NCBI GenBank assembly: GCA_039715015.1
Contig: JBDLIE010000009.1
Span: forward strand, 11,663 to 75,662
DNA from: Thermodesulfobacteriota bacterium
GTDB lineage: Bacteria; Desulfobacterota; Desulfobulbia; Desulfobulbales; SURF-16
DNA length: 64,000 nt
Reading direction: 5' to 3'
Shown: piece by piece, positions 28,113 to 36,980 of the stretch
How positions within the stretch are numbered: the first letter of the stretch is position 1
How the letters are laid out: every line of letters begins with the position of its first letter
The notes under the pieces: model-generated
Seen by the model: only the letters and a program-made list of their open reading frames with translations
What the model was told of the DNA's origin: nothing
Database searches by the model: none
Program-made: the position numbers and the translations under genes

Positions 28113-28607
28113 ATGCGCCGTTTTTACTTTATGCTCTCCATTATTTGGGGCGTGGTGGCCCTCGACCAGGCCACGAAATGGTGGATCATGGGGACCTTTA
28201 AGCTCTATGAGCTGCGCGAGGTGATTCCGGGTTTTTTTAACCTGGTCTACCTCCGCAACAGTGGTGCTGCCTTTAGCCTGCTGGCCTCGGCGGATGGAGC
28301 CTGGAAACAGTGGTTTTTTATAGCAGTTGCCGTGGGTGCCTTAGGTTTTATCCTTTTTCTCTTTAAGCAGTATTGCGCCAGCAACATGACTTATACTATA
28401 GCCCTTGGTCTCATTGGCGGCGGGGCTGTCGGTAATCTCATCGATCGCCTCCGCTTTGGTTCGGTGGTGGATTTTCTGGACTTTTATGTGTCTGGCCACC
28501 ATTGGCCCGCCTTCAACGTGGCTGATTCCGCCATCTGTGTGGGGGTGGGACTCTTTTTGTACAGAAACCTGCGAGATGGCAACCCGGCCGAGGAACAACA
28601 GGATTAG
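28113..28607 (+). CDS. lspA: Lipoprotein signal peptidase II
   Basis: DQATK, NSGAAFS, GNLIDR, VVDFL, FNVAD motifs. Confidence 0.96.
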   Translation: MRRFYFMLSIIWGVVALDQATKWWIMGTFKLYELREVIPGFFNLVYLRNSGAAFSLLASADGAWKQWFFIAVAVGALGFILFLFKQYCASNMTYTIALGLIGGGAVGNLIDRLRFGSVVDFLDFYVSGHHWPAFNVADSAICVGVGLFLYRNLRDGNPAEEQQD

Positions 28608-28724
28608 TTTTGACCCCGGAATCCACGGAACCAGCAGAAAGGTTTTGTTTTTTCTGTGTTTGCCGTGGCAAGTAGAAAATGTCAGCACTGCCCGTGTTGA
28701 TTTGATCTTATAGGAGTGTAAAAA

Positions 28725-29660
28725 ATGTCGAAAATAGCAATTCTCTTTCCCGGCCAGGGTTCTCAGTCTGTTGGAATGGGTAAAGATTTTCTTGAGGCTG
28801 ACAGCGATGCCCAGGCCCTGATGGCCAAGGCTGAAGATATTTCAGGATTTCCTCTTAAGGAGCTCTGTCTGGAAGGTCCCATGGCGGATCTCACCCGGAC
28901 TCTGCACCTGCAGCCTGCCATGACGGTATTGAACCTCATCTGCTGGCAGGCCTTGGCCAAAGCGGGTGTCAAAGGTGACTTTTATGCCGGCCACTCCTTG
29001 GGTGAATACGCCGCCCTCTATGCATCCGGTGTACTCTCAGCCGAGGACACCCTGAAGCTGGTAACCGAGAGGGGCAGACTTATGGAACGGGAGGCCACCG
29101 CCAACCCAGGTGCCATGAGCGCCATCTTGAAGCTCGGTATTGATGAGGTCGAAGAGGTTGTTGCCGCCAGTAAAGGCAAAGGAGAGGTGACTGCCGCCAA
29201 TTATAATTCGGCTCAGCAGATTGTTATCTCCGGCGAAAAGGTTGCCGTGGAGGCCGCCGGGGCCTTGGCCGCTGAAAAGGGCGGTAAGGCTATCCCCTTG
29301 CCAGTAAGCGGCGCTTGGCACTCAAAACTTATTGCCGGGGCCATCCCTGACTTTGAAAAGGCCATGGCTGCCGTAACTTTTAACAGCCCCCAGGGCAACA
29401 TGCTCTTTAATGTGACCGCCGCCCCGGAGACTGATCCGGAAGCCATCCGCGCCATCATGAGCGAACAGATTGCTGCCATGGTTAAATGGTACGAAATCAT
29501 TATGAGCATGTACGAGCAGGGCGCCACCACCTTCATCGAAGTCGGTCCCAAGAAGGTGCTCACCGGTCTCATGAAAAAACTCTTGCCGGCCGGCCATAAT
29601 TGCACCTGTCTGCAGGTCGAAGATCCTGCTGGTGTGGCAGCCTGTCTTGAGAAGATTTAA
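28725..29660 (+). CDS. fabD: Malonyl-CoA:ACP transacylase
   Basis: FPGQGSQ, GHSLGEY, VSGAWHS, EVGP motifs. Confidence 0.96.
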   Translation: MSKIAILFPGQGSQSVGMGKDFLEADSDAQALMAKAEDISGFPLKELCLEGPMADLTRTLHLQPAMTVLNLICWQALAKAGVKGDFYAGHSLGEYAALYASGVLSAEDTLKLVTERGRLMEREATANPGAMSAILKLGIDEVEEVVAASKGKGEVTAANYNSAQQIVISGEKVAVEAAGALAAEKGGKAIPLPVSGAWHSKLIAGAIPDFEKAMAAVTFNSPQGNMLFNVTAAPETDPEAIRAIMSEQIAAMVKWYEIIMSMYEQGATTFIEVGPKKVLTGLMKKLLPAGHNCTCLQVEDPAGVAACLEKI

Positions 29661-29685
29661 GGCGCTGAAGCCCGGTTTTAAACAC

Positions 29686-29714
29686 TTGACATCCACTGGC
29701 AGACCAAGTATTTT
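29686..29714 (+). promoter_or_regulatory. Sigma70-type promoter of ffh
   Basis: TTGACA-N17-TATTTT. Confidence 0.6.
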
Positions 29715-29804
29715 CTCCTGTTTCCGTACCCAGGTGTAAGGGTGCGCCCAACGCAGGCCTTTATATATTGTTAACAACAGCGCTCCGGCGCTTATTGTAT
29801 AAAA

Positions 29805-31166
29805 ATGTTTGATAATCTTTCCGATCGCCTCAATAAAGTATTCCGTGACCTGCGCGGCCACGGCAAGCTCTCTGAAAAGAATATTCAGGAAGCCTTAAAA
29901 GAAGTACGCATGGCCCTCCTTGAGGCCGATGTCAACTTCAAGGTGGTCAAGGATTTTATCGCCTCGGTTGGCCAGAAGGCAGTGGGCCGCGAGGTTACTG
30001 AAAGTCTTTCTCCGGGCCAGCAGGTTGTTAAGGTCGTCCATGATGAGCTTGTCGAGCTCTTAGGTGGTCAGGCCGAGCCCCTGCAGCTTGGCGGCAAAAG
30101 CCCCGCCATCATTATGATGGTTGGTCTGCAAGGTTCCGGTAAAACAACCTCTTCCGGTAAGCTTGCGAAATTATTGACTAAGCAAGGGCGCCGTCCATAC
30201 CTGGTCCCTGCTGACGTGTACCGCCCAGCTGCTATCGAGCAGCTCACTGTTCTTGGCAAGACCCTGGATATTCCGGTCCATCCCTCCAAGACGGAGCAGG
30301 ACCCGGTCACCATCGCCAAAAACGCTGTGCTGGTGGCCCAAAAGAGTAATTACGACACCCTGCTTATTGATACGGCAGGCCGCCTCCATGTTGATAAATC
30401 TCTCATGGAGGAGTTGCAGAACATCAAGGCAGCGGTGAAGCCGTCCGAGATCCTGTTTGTGGCAGATGCCATGACCGGTCAGGATGCCGTCACTGTTGCC
30501 GATAAATTTAATCAGGACCTGGCTATTTCCGGAGTCCTGCTCACCAAGATGGAGGGTGATGCCCGCGGCGGTGCGGCGCTTTCCATTAAGAAGGTGACCC
30601 AGCGCCCCATCAAGTTTGTAGGCGTGGGTGAAGAGCTTGATGCCCTGGAGGTCTTCCACCCTGACCGGGTGGCCTCCCGTATTCTTGGCATGGGCGATAT
30701 CCTCACCCTTATTGAAAAGGCTGAGGAGGTTGTTGACAAGAAACAGGCCGACAAACTGGCCAAGAAGATCCGCAAGGATGCCTTTACCCTGGAAGATTTT
30801 CTCGGCCAGATCCAGCAGATCAAGAAAATGGGCTCCCTGGAGCAGATCATGGGGATGATTCCAGGCCTGGGTAAGATGCAACAGATGCAGAACATGCCAA
30901 AGCCCGATGAGAAAGAGCTTGGCAAGGTGGAGGCGGTCATCAGCTCCATGACAGCCGATGAGCGCCGCAAGCACCAGATCATCAACGCCAGCCGCCGGCA
31001 ACGTATTGCCAGAGGTAGCGGTACCACGGTGCAGGATGTTAACAAGGTGATTAAAAGCTACACTGAAATGCTCAAGATGATGAAGAAGATGAAGGGCAAA
31101 ATGGGTGTCGGTAAAGCCGTTGGCGGCAAAAAGAGGCGCAAGCGGCCAAAGGGATTAATGAGATAG
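29805..31166 (+). CDS. ffh: Signal recognition particle protein
   Basis: ALLEADV, GLQGSGKTT, DTAGR, DARGGAALS, Met-rich M domain. Confidence 0.98.
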   Translation: MFDNLSDRLNKVFRDLRGHGKLSEKNIQEALKEVRMALLEADVNFKVVKDFIASVGQKAVGREVTESLSPGQQVVKVVHDELVELLGGQAEPLQLGGKSPAIIMMVGLQGSGKTTSSGKLAKLLTKQGRRPYLVPADVYRPAAIEQLTVLGKTLDIPVHPSKTEQDPVTIAKNAVLVAQKSNYDTLLIDTAGRLHVDKSLMEELQNIKAAVKPSEILFVADAMTGQDAVTVADKFNQDLAISGVLLTKMEGDARGGAALSIKKVTQRPIKFVGVGEELDALEVFHPDRVASRILGMGDILTLIEKAEEVVDKKQADKLAKKIRKDAFTLEDFLGQIQQIKKMGSLEQIMGMIPGLGKMQQMQNMPKPDEKELGKVEAVISSMTADERRKHQIINASRRQRIARGSGTTVQDVNKVIKSYTEMLKMMKKMKGKMGVGKAVGGKKRRKRPKGLMR

Positions 31167-31292
31167 ATGGACGGCTTGCATGCGAGCGGTTCTTCTTTAA
31201 CGATAGAATAAAGATTAGTTGTACTATAAATAAAGGGTTTTCGCGGTGCTGGTTTCAGACACCTCCGGCAAAACTCTCTTAAGGAGAAAAAC

Positions 31293-31535
31293 ATGGCTGT
31301 AAAAATTCGTATGACCAGAATGGGGAAGAAGAAAAAGCCTTTTTACCGTATCGTGGCTGCAAACTCTGAAGCTCCTCGTGATGGTAAGTTTTTGGATATT
31401 GTCGGCACCTATGATCCTTTGCAGGACCCTGCCGTCGTTACCTGGCATAAAGACAAGCTTCAGCATTGGCTGGACCAGGGCGCCACCCCTTCCACCACCG
31501 TCAAGAGCCTGATGGCTAAGGAAGCTGCTGAATAA
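31293..31535 (+). CDS. rpsP: 30S ribosomal protein S16
   Basis: MAVKIRMTRMGKKKKPFYRIV and PRDG. Confidence 0.98.
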   Translation: MAVKIRMTRMGKKKKPFYRIVAANSEAPRDGKFLDIVGTYDPLQDPAVVTWHKDKLQHWLDQGATPSTTVKSLMAKEAAE

Positions 31536-31766
31536 ATGCAGGAGCTTATCCGCCATATTGCCACTGCCCTGGTGGAAGACCAGGATAGTGTAGAGGTCAA
31601 AGAGGTTGACCAGGAAGATGGCCAGGTCATTGAGCTTCATGTGGCCCCGGACGATCTTGGCAAGGTAATTGGCAAGCAGGGCCGCACAGCCCGGGCCATG
31701 CGCTCGTTGCTGGCTGCAGCCACTGCCGGCAGTGATAAGATTATCCGTCTGGAAATCGTTGAATAG
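31536..31766 (+). CDS. khpA: KH-domain RNA-binding protein KhpA (UPF0109)
   Basis: DLGKVIGKQGRTA; between rpsP and rimM. Confidence 0.93.
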   Translation: MQELIRHIATALVEDQDSVEVKEVDQEDGQVIELHVAPDDLGKVIGKQGRTARAMRSLLAAATAGSDKIIRLEIVE

Positions 31767-31769
31767 CAA

Positions 31770-32315
31770 GTGGCCGGCGACAAGGTGCCAGAGCCTGCAG
31801 GCCTTGTCCATGTCGGCAAGGTCACTAAGCCCCACGGTATTCGTGGTGAGGTGAAGATATATAGCCTGTCCGGCCAGCCGGAGAATTTCCGAGACTATCC
31901 TCAGCTCATTCTTGTTGATGAAGGTGGGGAGCGCCGGGAATATAAGGTTGGCAAGTTCCGGGTTCAGGGTAATTTTGCTGTGGTTGGTCTTCCTGGTGTT
32001 GCGGACCGCAACAGCGCCGCAGAGCTTGTTGGCTGCCAGGTCTGGGTTGGTGAGGACTATCTCGTCCCCTTAGATGAGGATGAGTTCTACTGGCATGATG
32101 TCATGGGCGCCGAGGTGGTGGACCTGGACGGCAACTCCCTGGGGAGATTAGTCTCTCTTCTTGCCACAGGCGGAGCTGATTTAATGGTGGTTCGGCAGAA
32201 TGAGGAAGAGGTGCTTATTCCCAGTCAGCCGGAATTTTTAGTAGAAATCGGACCGGAGAAGATCATTGTTGATCTGCCTCCTGGTTTACTTGATATCAAC
32301 CGGAGGGATACCTGA
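31770..32315 (+). CDS. rimM: Ribosome maturation factor RimM
   Basis: VGKVTKPHGIRGEV and EFYWHDVMG. Confidence 0.94.
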   Translation: MAGDKVPEPAGLVHVGKVTKPHGIRGEVKIYSLSGQPENFRDYPQLILVDEGGERREYKVGKFRVQGNFAVVGLPGVADRNSAAELVGCQVWVGEDYLVPLDEDEFYWHDVMGAEVVDLDGNSLGRLVSLLATGGADLMVVRQNEEEVLIPSQPEFLVEIGPEKIIVDLPPGLLDINRRDT

Positions 32316-32346
32316 AACAACTCATTGTCTAGGGTGGCCCGAAAAA

Positions 32347-33078
32347 ATGAGCCTTCGTTTTGATGTTTTGACCATCTTTCCGGACCTGCTTTCCTCTCCA
32401 CTGGAGGAGGGAATTATTCGCAGGGCCAAGAAGGATGGTAAAATCGAGGTTGGTATCACCAATATCCGTGATTTTGCCACGGATAAACATGCCATGACCG
32501 ATGACCGCCCCTTTGGCGGTGGCGAAGGTATGGTCATGAAGCCGGAGCCTCTTACCGCTGCCACCAACAAGGCGAGGGGAGCAAGAAACGGCAAGGTCGT
32601 CTTGCTCAGCCCCCAGGGCCGGCGTTTCGACCAGCAGGTGGCGGAAGAATTTGCAGGATTGTCTCATCTCATCTTGGTTTGTGGGCGCTATGAGGGTATT
32701 GACCAGCGTTACATTGACCAGCAGGTTGATGAAGAGATATCCATTGGTGACTTTATCCTCACCGGCGGTGAGCTGGGTGCCATGCTCATCATTGATGCGG
32801 TGACACGATTATTGCCAGGAGTCCTTGGCTGTGCTGACTCGGTAAGTGGTGACACTTTCAGCCGGGGCAGCCTGAAATATCCGCAGTATACCCGGCCCCG
32901 GGTCTTTGCGGACCAGGAAGTGCCTGAGGTTTTGCTCTCTGGTGATCATGCCAAGATTGAGCAGTGGCGCTGGCTGCAGGCAGTGGAAAAGACAAAAAAA
33001 AGGCGGCCGGATCTCTTTGCGACCATGGAGTTTTCCAGCAAAGAGCTCAAACTGCTAAAAAAGCACGGCATTTTGTAG
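32347..33078 (+). CDS. trmD: tRNA (guanine37-N1)-methyltransferase
   Basis: DDRPFGGGEGMVMK, CGRYEGID, SIGDFILTGGE, PQYTRP. Start moved to the ATG at 32347. Confidence 0.97.
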   Translation: MSLRFDVLTIFPDLLSSPLEEGIIRRAKKDGKIEVGITNIRDFATDKHAMTDDRPFGGGEGMVMKPEPLTAATNKARGARNGKVVLLSPQGRRFDQQVAEEFAGLSHLILVCGRYEGIDQRYIDQQVDEEISIGDFILTGGELGAMLIIDAVTRLLPGVLGCADSVSGDTFSRGSLKYPQYTRPRVFADQEVPEVLLSGDHAKIEQWRWLQAVEKTKKRRPDLFATMEFSSKELKLLKKHGIL

Positions 33079-33104
33079 CAAGCCGTGAGTGGCAATGTGG
33101 TTCT

Positions 33105-33662
33105 ATGCTGGATATCGCCCTTATTCATTATCCGGTATACAACAAGAATCGGGAGATTATTGGTTCGGCAGTTACCAACCTTGATCTCCATGATCTGGCC
33201 CGGGCAGGTCGAACTTACGGGGTGGGCACTGTATATATCGTCACCCCCTTTGCCGACCAGCAGGAGCTGGTGAAAGAGATTGTCGGTCATTGGCAGGATG
33301 GTTACGGTGCCACCTACAATAAGGATCGTAAAGAGGCCTTGGCCGTTATTGAGATCTGTACGGACCTTGAAGAGCTTTTTGAACGGGTGACAACGGCCAG
33401 GCAGGGGCGGCCAACCATTTTGGCCACCGCCGCAGCCTGCCAGGGCAAGACTAGGTCCTTCCAGGATGTCAGGGGCGAAGTAGACAAAGGGCAGAACTTT
33501 CTACTTCTCTTCGGAACCGCCTGGGGACTAAGTGAAGAAGTTTTTGCCCAGGTGGACGGCAGTTTGCCACCCATCACCGGAACCGGCGACTATAACCATC
33601 TTTCGGTACGGTCAGCAGTTTCCATTATGTTGGATAGAATTCTCGGACAACGAGATTTATAA
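33105..33662 (+). CDS. SPOUT-class RNA methyltransferase associated with trmD
   Basis: IALIHYPV, TNLDLHDLAR, FGTAWGL, YNHLSVRSA. Confidence 0.88.
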   Translation: MLDIALIHYPVYNKNREIIGSAVTNLDLHDLARAGRTYGVGTVYIVTPFADQQELVKEIVGHWQDGYGATYNKDRKEALAVIEICTDLEELFERVTTARQGRPTILATAAACQGKTRSFQDVRGEVDKGQNFLLLFGTAWGLSEEVFAQVDGSLPPITGTGDYNHLSVRSAVSIMLDRILGQRDL

Positions 33663-33712
33663 GATAAATAGCCGGTCATGACCGGATAAACACAACAAAG
33701 AGAGTGATAGTA

Positions 33713-34060
33713 ATGAGCATCATCGAGCAGATTGAAAAAGAAAATATGAAGTTTGATCTCCCGGACTTCCGTTCCGGTGATACCGTCAAGGTGCATATCC
33801 GTATTATTGAGGGTGCCAAAGAAAGGATTCAGATCTTCGAAGGCGTGGTTATCGGCCGTAAAAATGGCGGTATGGGAGCCAATTTCACCGTTCGCAAGAT
33901 CTCCCACGGTGTTGGCGTAGAGAAGATTTTTGCCCTCCATAATCCCCGTCTTGAGAAGATTGAGGTGGTTACCCAGGGTCGTGTTCGCCGTTCCAAGCTC
34001 TACTATCTGCGCGACCTGCGTGGTAAGGCGGCTCGTATTAAGGAGCGCGGCGTTAATTAG
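33713..34060 (+). CDS. rplS: 50S ribosomal protein L19
   Basis: [34 protein letters not shown]. Confidence 0.98.
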   Translation: MSIIEQIEKENMKFDLPDFRSGDTVKVHIRIIEGAKERIQIFEGVVIGRKNGGMGANFTVRKISHGVGVEKIFALHNPRLEKIEVVTQGRVRRSKLYYLRDLRGKAARIKERGVN

Positions 34061-34197
34061 TGCCGGAAATGGCCATTTGATCCGATCTCTGCGTCACAGG
34101 AAAATGAATAATGCTCACATATGGTTATATGCTGCGCTTATTAATTTCCCTGTTCCTTGATCTCAAATCAAATGACCTATTTCTGAACGGACACTTA
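34058..34197. repeat. Long imperfect palindrome (about 140 bp), MITE/REP-like
   Basis: Paired arms AGTGCC/GGACACT, GAAATGGCCATTTGAT/ATCAAATGACCTATTTC and ACAGGAAAATGAATAA/TTATTAATTTCCCTGT around a central CATATG region. Confidence 0.7.
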
Positions 34198-34259
34198 GGT
34201 GGTTGTTAGTTCGATTTGAGGTGCGCTCCGTAAGGGGCAGGTGACCTCGCTTCTATGAA

Positions 34260-34305
34260 GGCGCGAGTGCAGCGTGGTGTCAACCTCTGCATTTGCGCCT
34301 TTTTT
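34260..34305 (+). terminator. Intrinsic terminator downstream of rplS
   Basis: GGCGCGAGTGCAG/CTGCATTTGCGCC stem with G-U pairs, followed by T6. Confidence 0.7.
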
Positions 34306-34316
34306 ATGTGGTGGTA

Positions 34317-34937
34317 ATGGATAATAAGCCTATCATAGATACTTTCTCCTTTGAGCGCCGTTTGCACCAGGATGGCTTGATGCCGGTGGCTGGAGTGGAT
34401 GAGGCTGGTCGAGGTCCTTTGGCAGGGCCGGTGGTGGCTGGCGCGGTTATTCTTACTGCTGATCTGGACCATACTCCCTTTAAGGATTCAAAAAAGATGA
34501 CGGCAAAGGGCCGGGAAAAGGTCTTTGCTCTTCTTGAGGAACTCCAGGTTCCCATGGCTGTGGGTATCTGTTCGGCCCAGGAAATCGATGAAATAAACAT
34601 CCTGCAGGCCTCACTCCTGGCCATGAAAAGGGCGGTTGCAGAACTCTCTCAGTCCCCCGCTTTTTTGCTGGTGGATGGCAAATTTACCATTAAGATGGAT
34701 CTCCCCCAAGAGGCCTTGATTAAAGGCGAGTCCAAGAGCGCCTCCATTGCTGCGGCATCAATAGTTGCCAAGGTCACCCGGGACCGCTTGATGTTTGACT
34801 ATGATGTGCAATATCCTCTATATAATTTCAAGCAGCATAAGGGCTACCCGACCAAGGCCCATAAGGCCGTTATTGCCGAACACGGCCCCTGTCCCATCCA
34901 TCGCCTCAGTTTTAAAGGCGTTCAGGAGCATGTCTGA
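34317..34937 (+). CDS. rnhB: Ribonuclease HII
   Basis: GVDEAGRGPLAGPV, DSKK, SIAAASIVAKVTRD, HKGYPT. Confidence 0.97.
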   Translation: MDNKPIIDTFSFERRLHQDGLMPVAGVDEAGRGPLAGPVVAGAVILTADLDHTPFKDSKKMTAKGREKVFALLEELQVPMAVGICSAQEIDEINILQASLLAMKRAVAELSQSPAFLLVDGKFTIKMDLPQEALIKGESKSASIAAASIVAKVTRDRLMFDYDVQYPLYNFKQHKGYPTKAHKAVIAEHGPCPIHRLSFKGVQEHV

Positions 34938-35299
34938 TGGTTTTGAAGGGCAAGGCTCTCGGCAAGGAAGGGGAGAGGCAGGCAGGCCTCTATCTTGAAA
35001 AGCAAGGCCTGGTCATCATTGAGCGTAATTTCCGCACCCGCAGTGGTGAGATTGATCTTGTTGTCAGGGATAAAAAAGAGCTTGTTTTTGTTGAGGTCAA
35101 GACTCGTTCCGGTACGGACTTCGGCACGGCCTTGGAGGCTGTCCACTCTCGAAAATGTCGGCAGATCGTCCGGGTGGCGAGTGAGTATCTCCTGCAAAAT
35201 GATGGCTTTGATCAGCCGGTACGTTTTGATGTGATCGGCATCCTGCTTGGTGATAACCCCCAATTTGAACATATAAAAAACGCCTTTGACGCCAGCTAA
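34937..35299 (+). CDS. YraN family (UPF0102) protein
   Basis: GEIDLV, LVFVEVKTR, RFDV, HIKNAF. Confidence 0.93.
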   Translation: MVLKGKALGKEGERQAGLYLEKQGLVIIERNFRTRSGEIDLVVRDKKELVFVEVKTRSGTDFGTALEAVHSRKCRQIVRVASEYLLQNDGFDQPVRFDVIGILLGDNPQFEHIKNAFDAS

Positions 35300-35308
35300 C
35301 AACAGACC

Positions 35309-36325
35309 ATGAGCAGATCAGGATCAGATAAAGCACCCCTTGCCATTACCATGGGCTGCCCGGTGGGAGTCGGGCCGGAGCTTATTCTCAAGCTCTTTGC
35401 CGTTGGCCAGGAGAATGCCGTGGTCATTGGCGATGGGGAGGCGTTTGCCTGGTGCGCTGCTGAGACTGGTCTGCCGGCGCCGCTTACCCCTTGGCAAGCG
35501 GGAGATAAGCTCCGGCCTGGCACCATTCCCTTCTGCACCCCCCAAGATGCCGGACTGACCAGAGACGACCTGCACTGGGGAGCACCAAATAAGAAGACGG
35601 GCCGGGCCATGGGCCGCTATATTGAAGAGGCCGCTGCCCTTATCCAGAACGGTATGGCCAGCGCCCTTGTTACCTGTCCCATCACCAAGACCGCCCTCAA
35701 CGCTGGGGGATATCATTTTCCCGGCCATACCGAGATGTTGGCCCAACTGTGCAAAACAGAACGCTTTGCCATGATGATGGCAGGCTCCTCTTTAAAAGTT
35801 ACCCTGGTCACCATCCATACTTCCTTGGCCGCTGTCCCGTCCTTGGTAACCTCGGAATCTGTAGGTGAGATGATTGCCATAACCTGGCAGGCCCTGCATG
35901 GTGATTTTGGCATTGCCAGACCGCGCTTGGCTGTGGCTGGACTCAACCCCCATGCCGGCGAGGATGCCATGTTCGGCAGTGAGGAGCAGGAGGCGATTTT
36001 GCCGGCCATCAAGGCAGCCCAGGCAGAAGGCAAGGATGTTCAGGGCCCTTTTCCGCCAGATACCGTTTTCCATAAGGCAAGTCAGGGGCATTTTGATGCA
36101 GTGGTCTGCATGTATCATGATCAGGGCTTGATTCCTTTTAAATTGCTCCATTTCAGCGATGGCGTTAATGTTACCCTGGGACTGCCCATTGTCCGCACTT
36201 CAGTGGATCATGGCACGGCCTATGATATTGCTGGTAAGGGAGTGGCCAATCCAGCCAGCCTGGAGGCCGCTTGCGATCTGGCCCGGCAAATCCATGCAAA
36301 TCGAACCCCAAAAGGCGTATCGTGA
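35309..36325 (+). CDS. pdxA: 4-hydroxythreonine-4-phosphate dehydrogenase (PdxA family)
   Basis: PGHTE, GLNPHAGE, MYHDQGLIPFK, RTSVDHGTAYDIAG. Confidence 0.94.
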   Translation: MSRSGSDKAPLAITMGCPVGVGPELILKLFAVGQENAVVIGDGEAFAWCAAETGLPAPLTPWQAGDKLRPGTIPFCTPQDAGLTRDDLHWGAPNKKTGRAMGRYIEEAAALIQNGMASALVTCPITKTALNAGGYHFPGHTEMLAQLCKTERFAMMMAGSSLKVTLVTIHTSLAAVPSLVTSESVGEMIAITWQALHGDFGIARPRLAVAGLNPHAGEDAMFGSEEQEAILPAIKAAQAEGKDVQGPFPPDTVFHKASQGHFDAVVCMYHDQGLIPFKLLHFSDGVNVTLGLPIVRTSVDHGTAYDIAGKGVANPASLEAACDLARQIHANRTPKGVS

Positions 36326-36900
36326 CAAAGTATTCAGGGATAGGCCTGTGCGGCAGCCACCGGACCGGCAAAACAACCACGGCCAAGAAGCTTGCCATAG
36401 ATAATGACATTTCTTTTGTGGAGACAACCACCAGTGCCGTCTTTGCCGAGCATGGCCTGAAACCGTCTTCCCCCATGGATTTTTCCACCAGGCTCTGGAT
36501 TCAGGACAAGGTGCTGGAGGCTGCTGAGGAAATTTGGTCTCAGCATCGGCATTTTATCACCGATCGTACGCCGCTGGATATGCTGGCCTATACCCTGGGT
36601 GATATCCAGGGTCGTACCCAGATCGAGTTTGAGGCACTGCAACAGTACGTTGCGCGTTGCTTTGAGTCCTGTAACCTTTATTTTGCCCGCCTCTGTGTGG
36701 TGCAGCCCGGCATCCCGCTTATTGCCGCCCCCGGTAAAGCAGCTTTAAACGAGGCCTATATTGAACATCTCAACACCTTGGTCTTAGGCCTCTGTGTTGA
36801 TGAGCGCCAGCACACGCCCTTCTCGGTGATGCCGAGAAACTGTATAGCCATCAGCGAACGGTGCCTCTTTATCCAAGAGAAGTGCTTTACCCCTCTCTAG
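36322..36900 (+). CDS. P-loop NTPase/kinase (NadR/AAA_28-like)
   Basis: GLCGSHRTGKTT Walker A and ITDRTPLDMLAY. GTG start overlaps the pdxA stop (GTGA). Confidence 0.8.
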   Translation: MTKYSGIGLCGSHRTGKTTTAKKLAIDNDISFVETTTSAVFAEHGLKPSSPMDFSTRLWIQDKVLEAAEEIWSQHRHFITDRTPLDMLAYTLGDIQGRTQIEFEALQQYVARCFESCNLYFARLCVVQPGIPLIAAPGKAALNEAYIEHLNTLVLGLCVDERQHTPFSVMPRNCIAISERCLFIQEKCFTPL

Positions 36901-36980
36901 AATCAAGATAGAATGGAACTCTTTGCCGTTAAACTGTTTCTAGACATAGAGAATGTGGTCGAAACGTTTTGAAGAACTCT

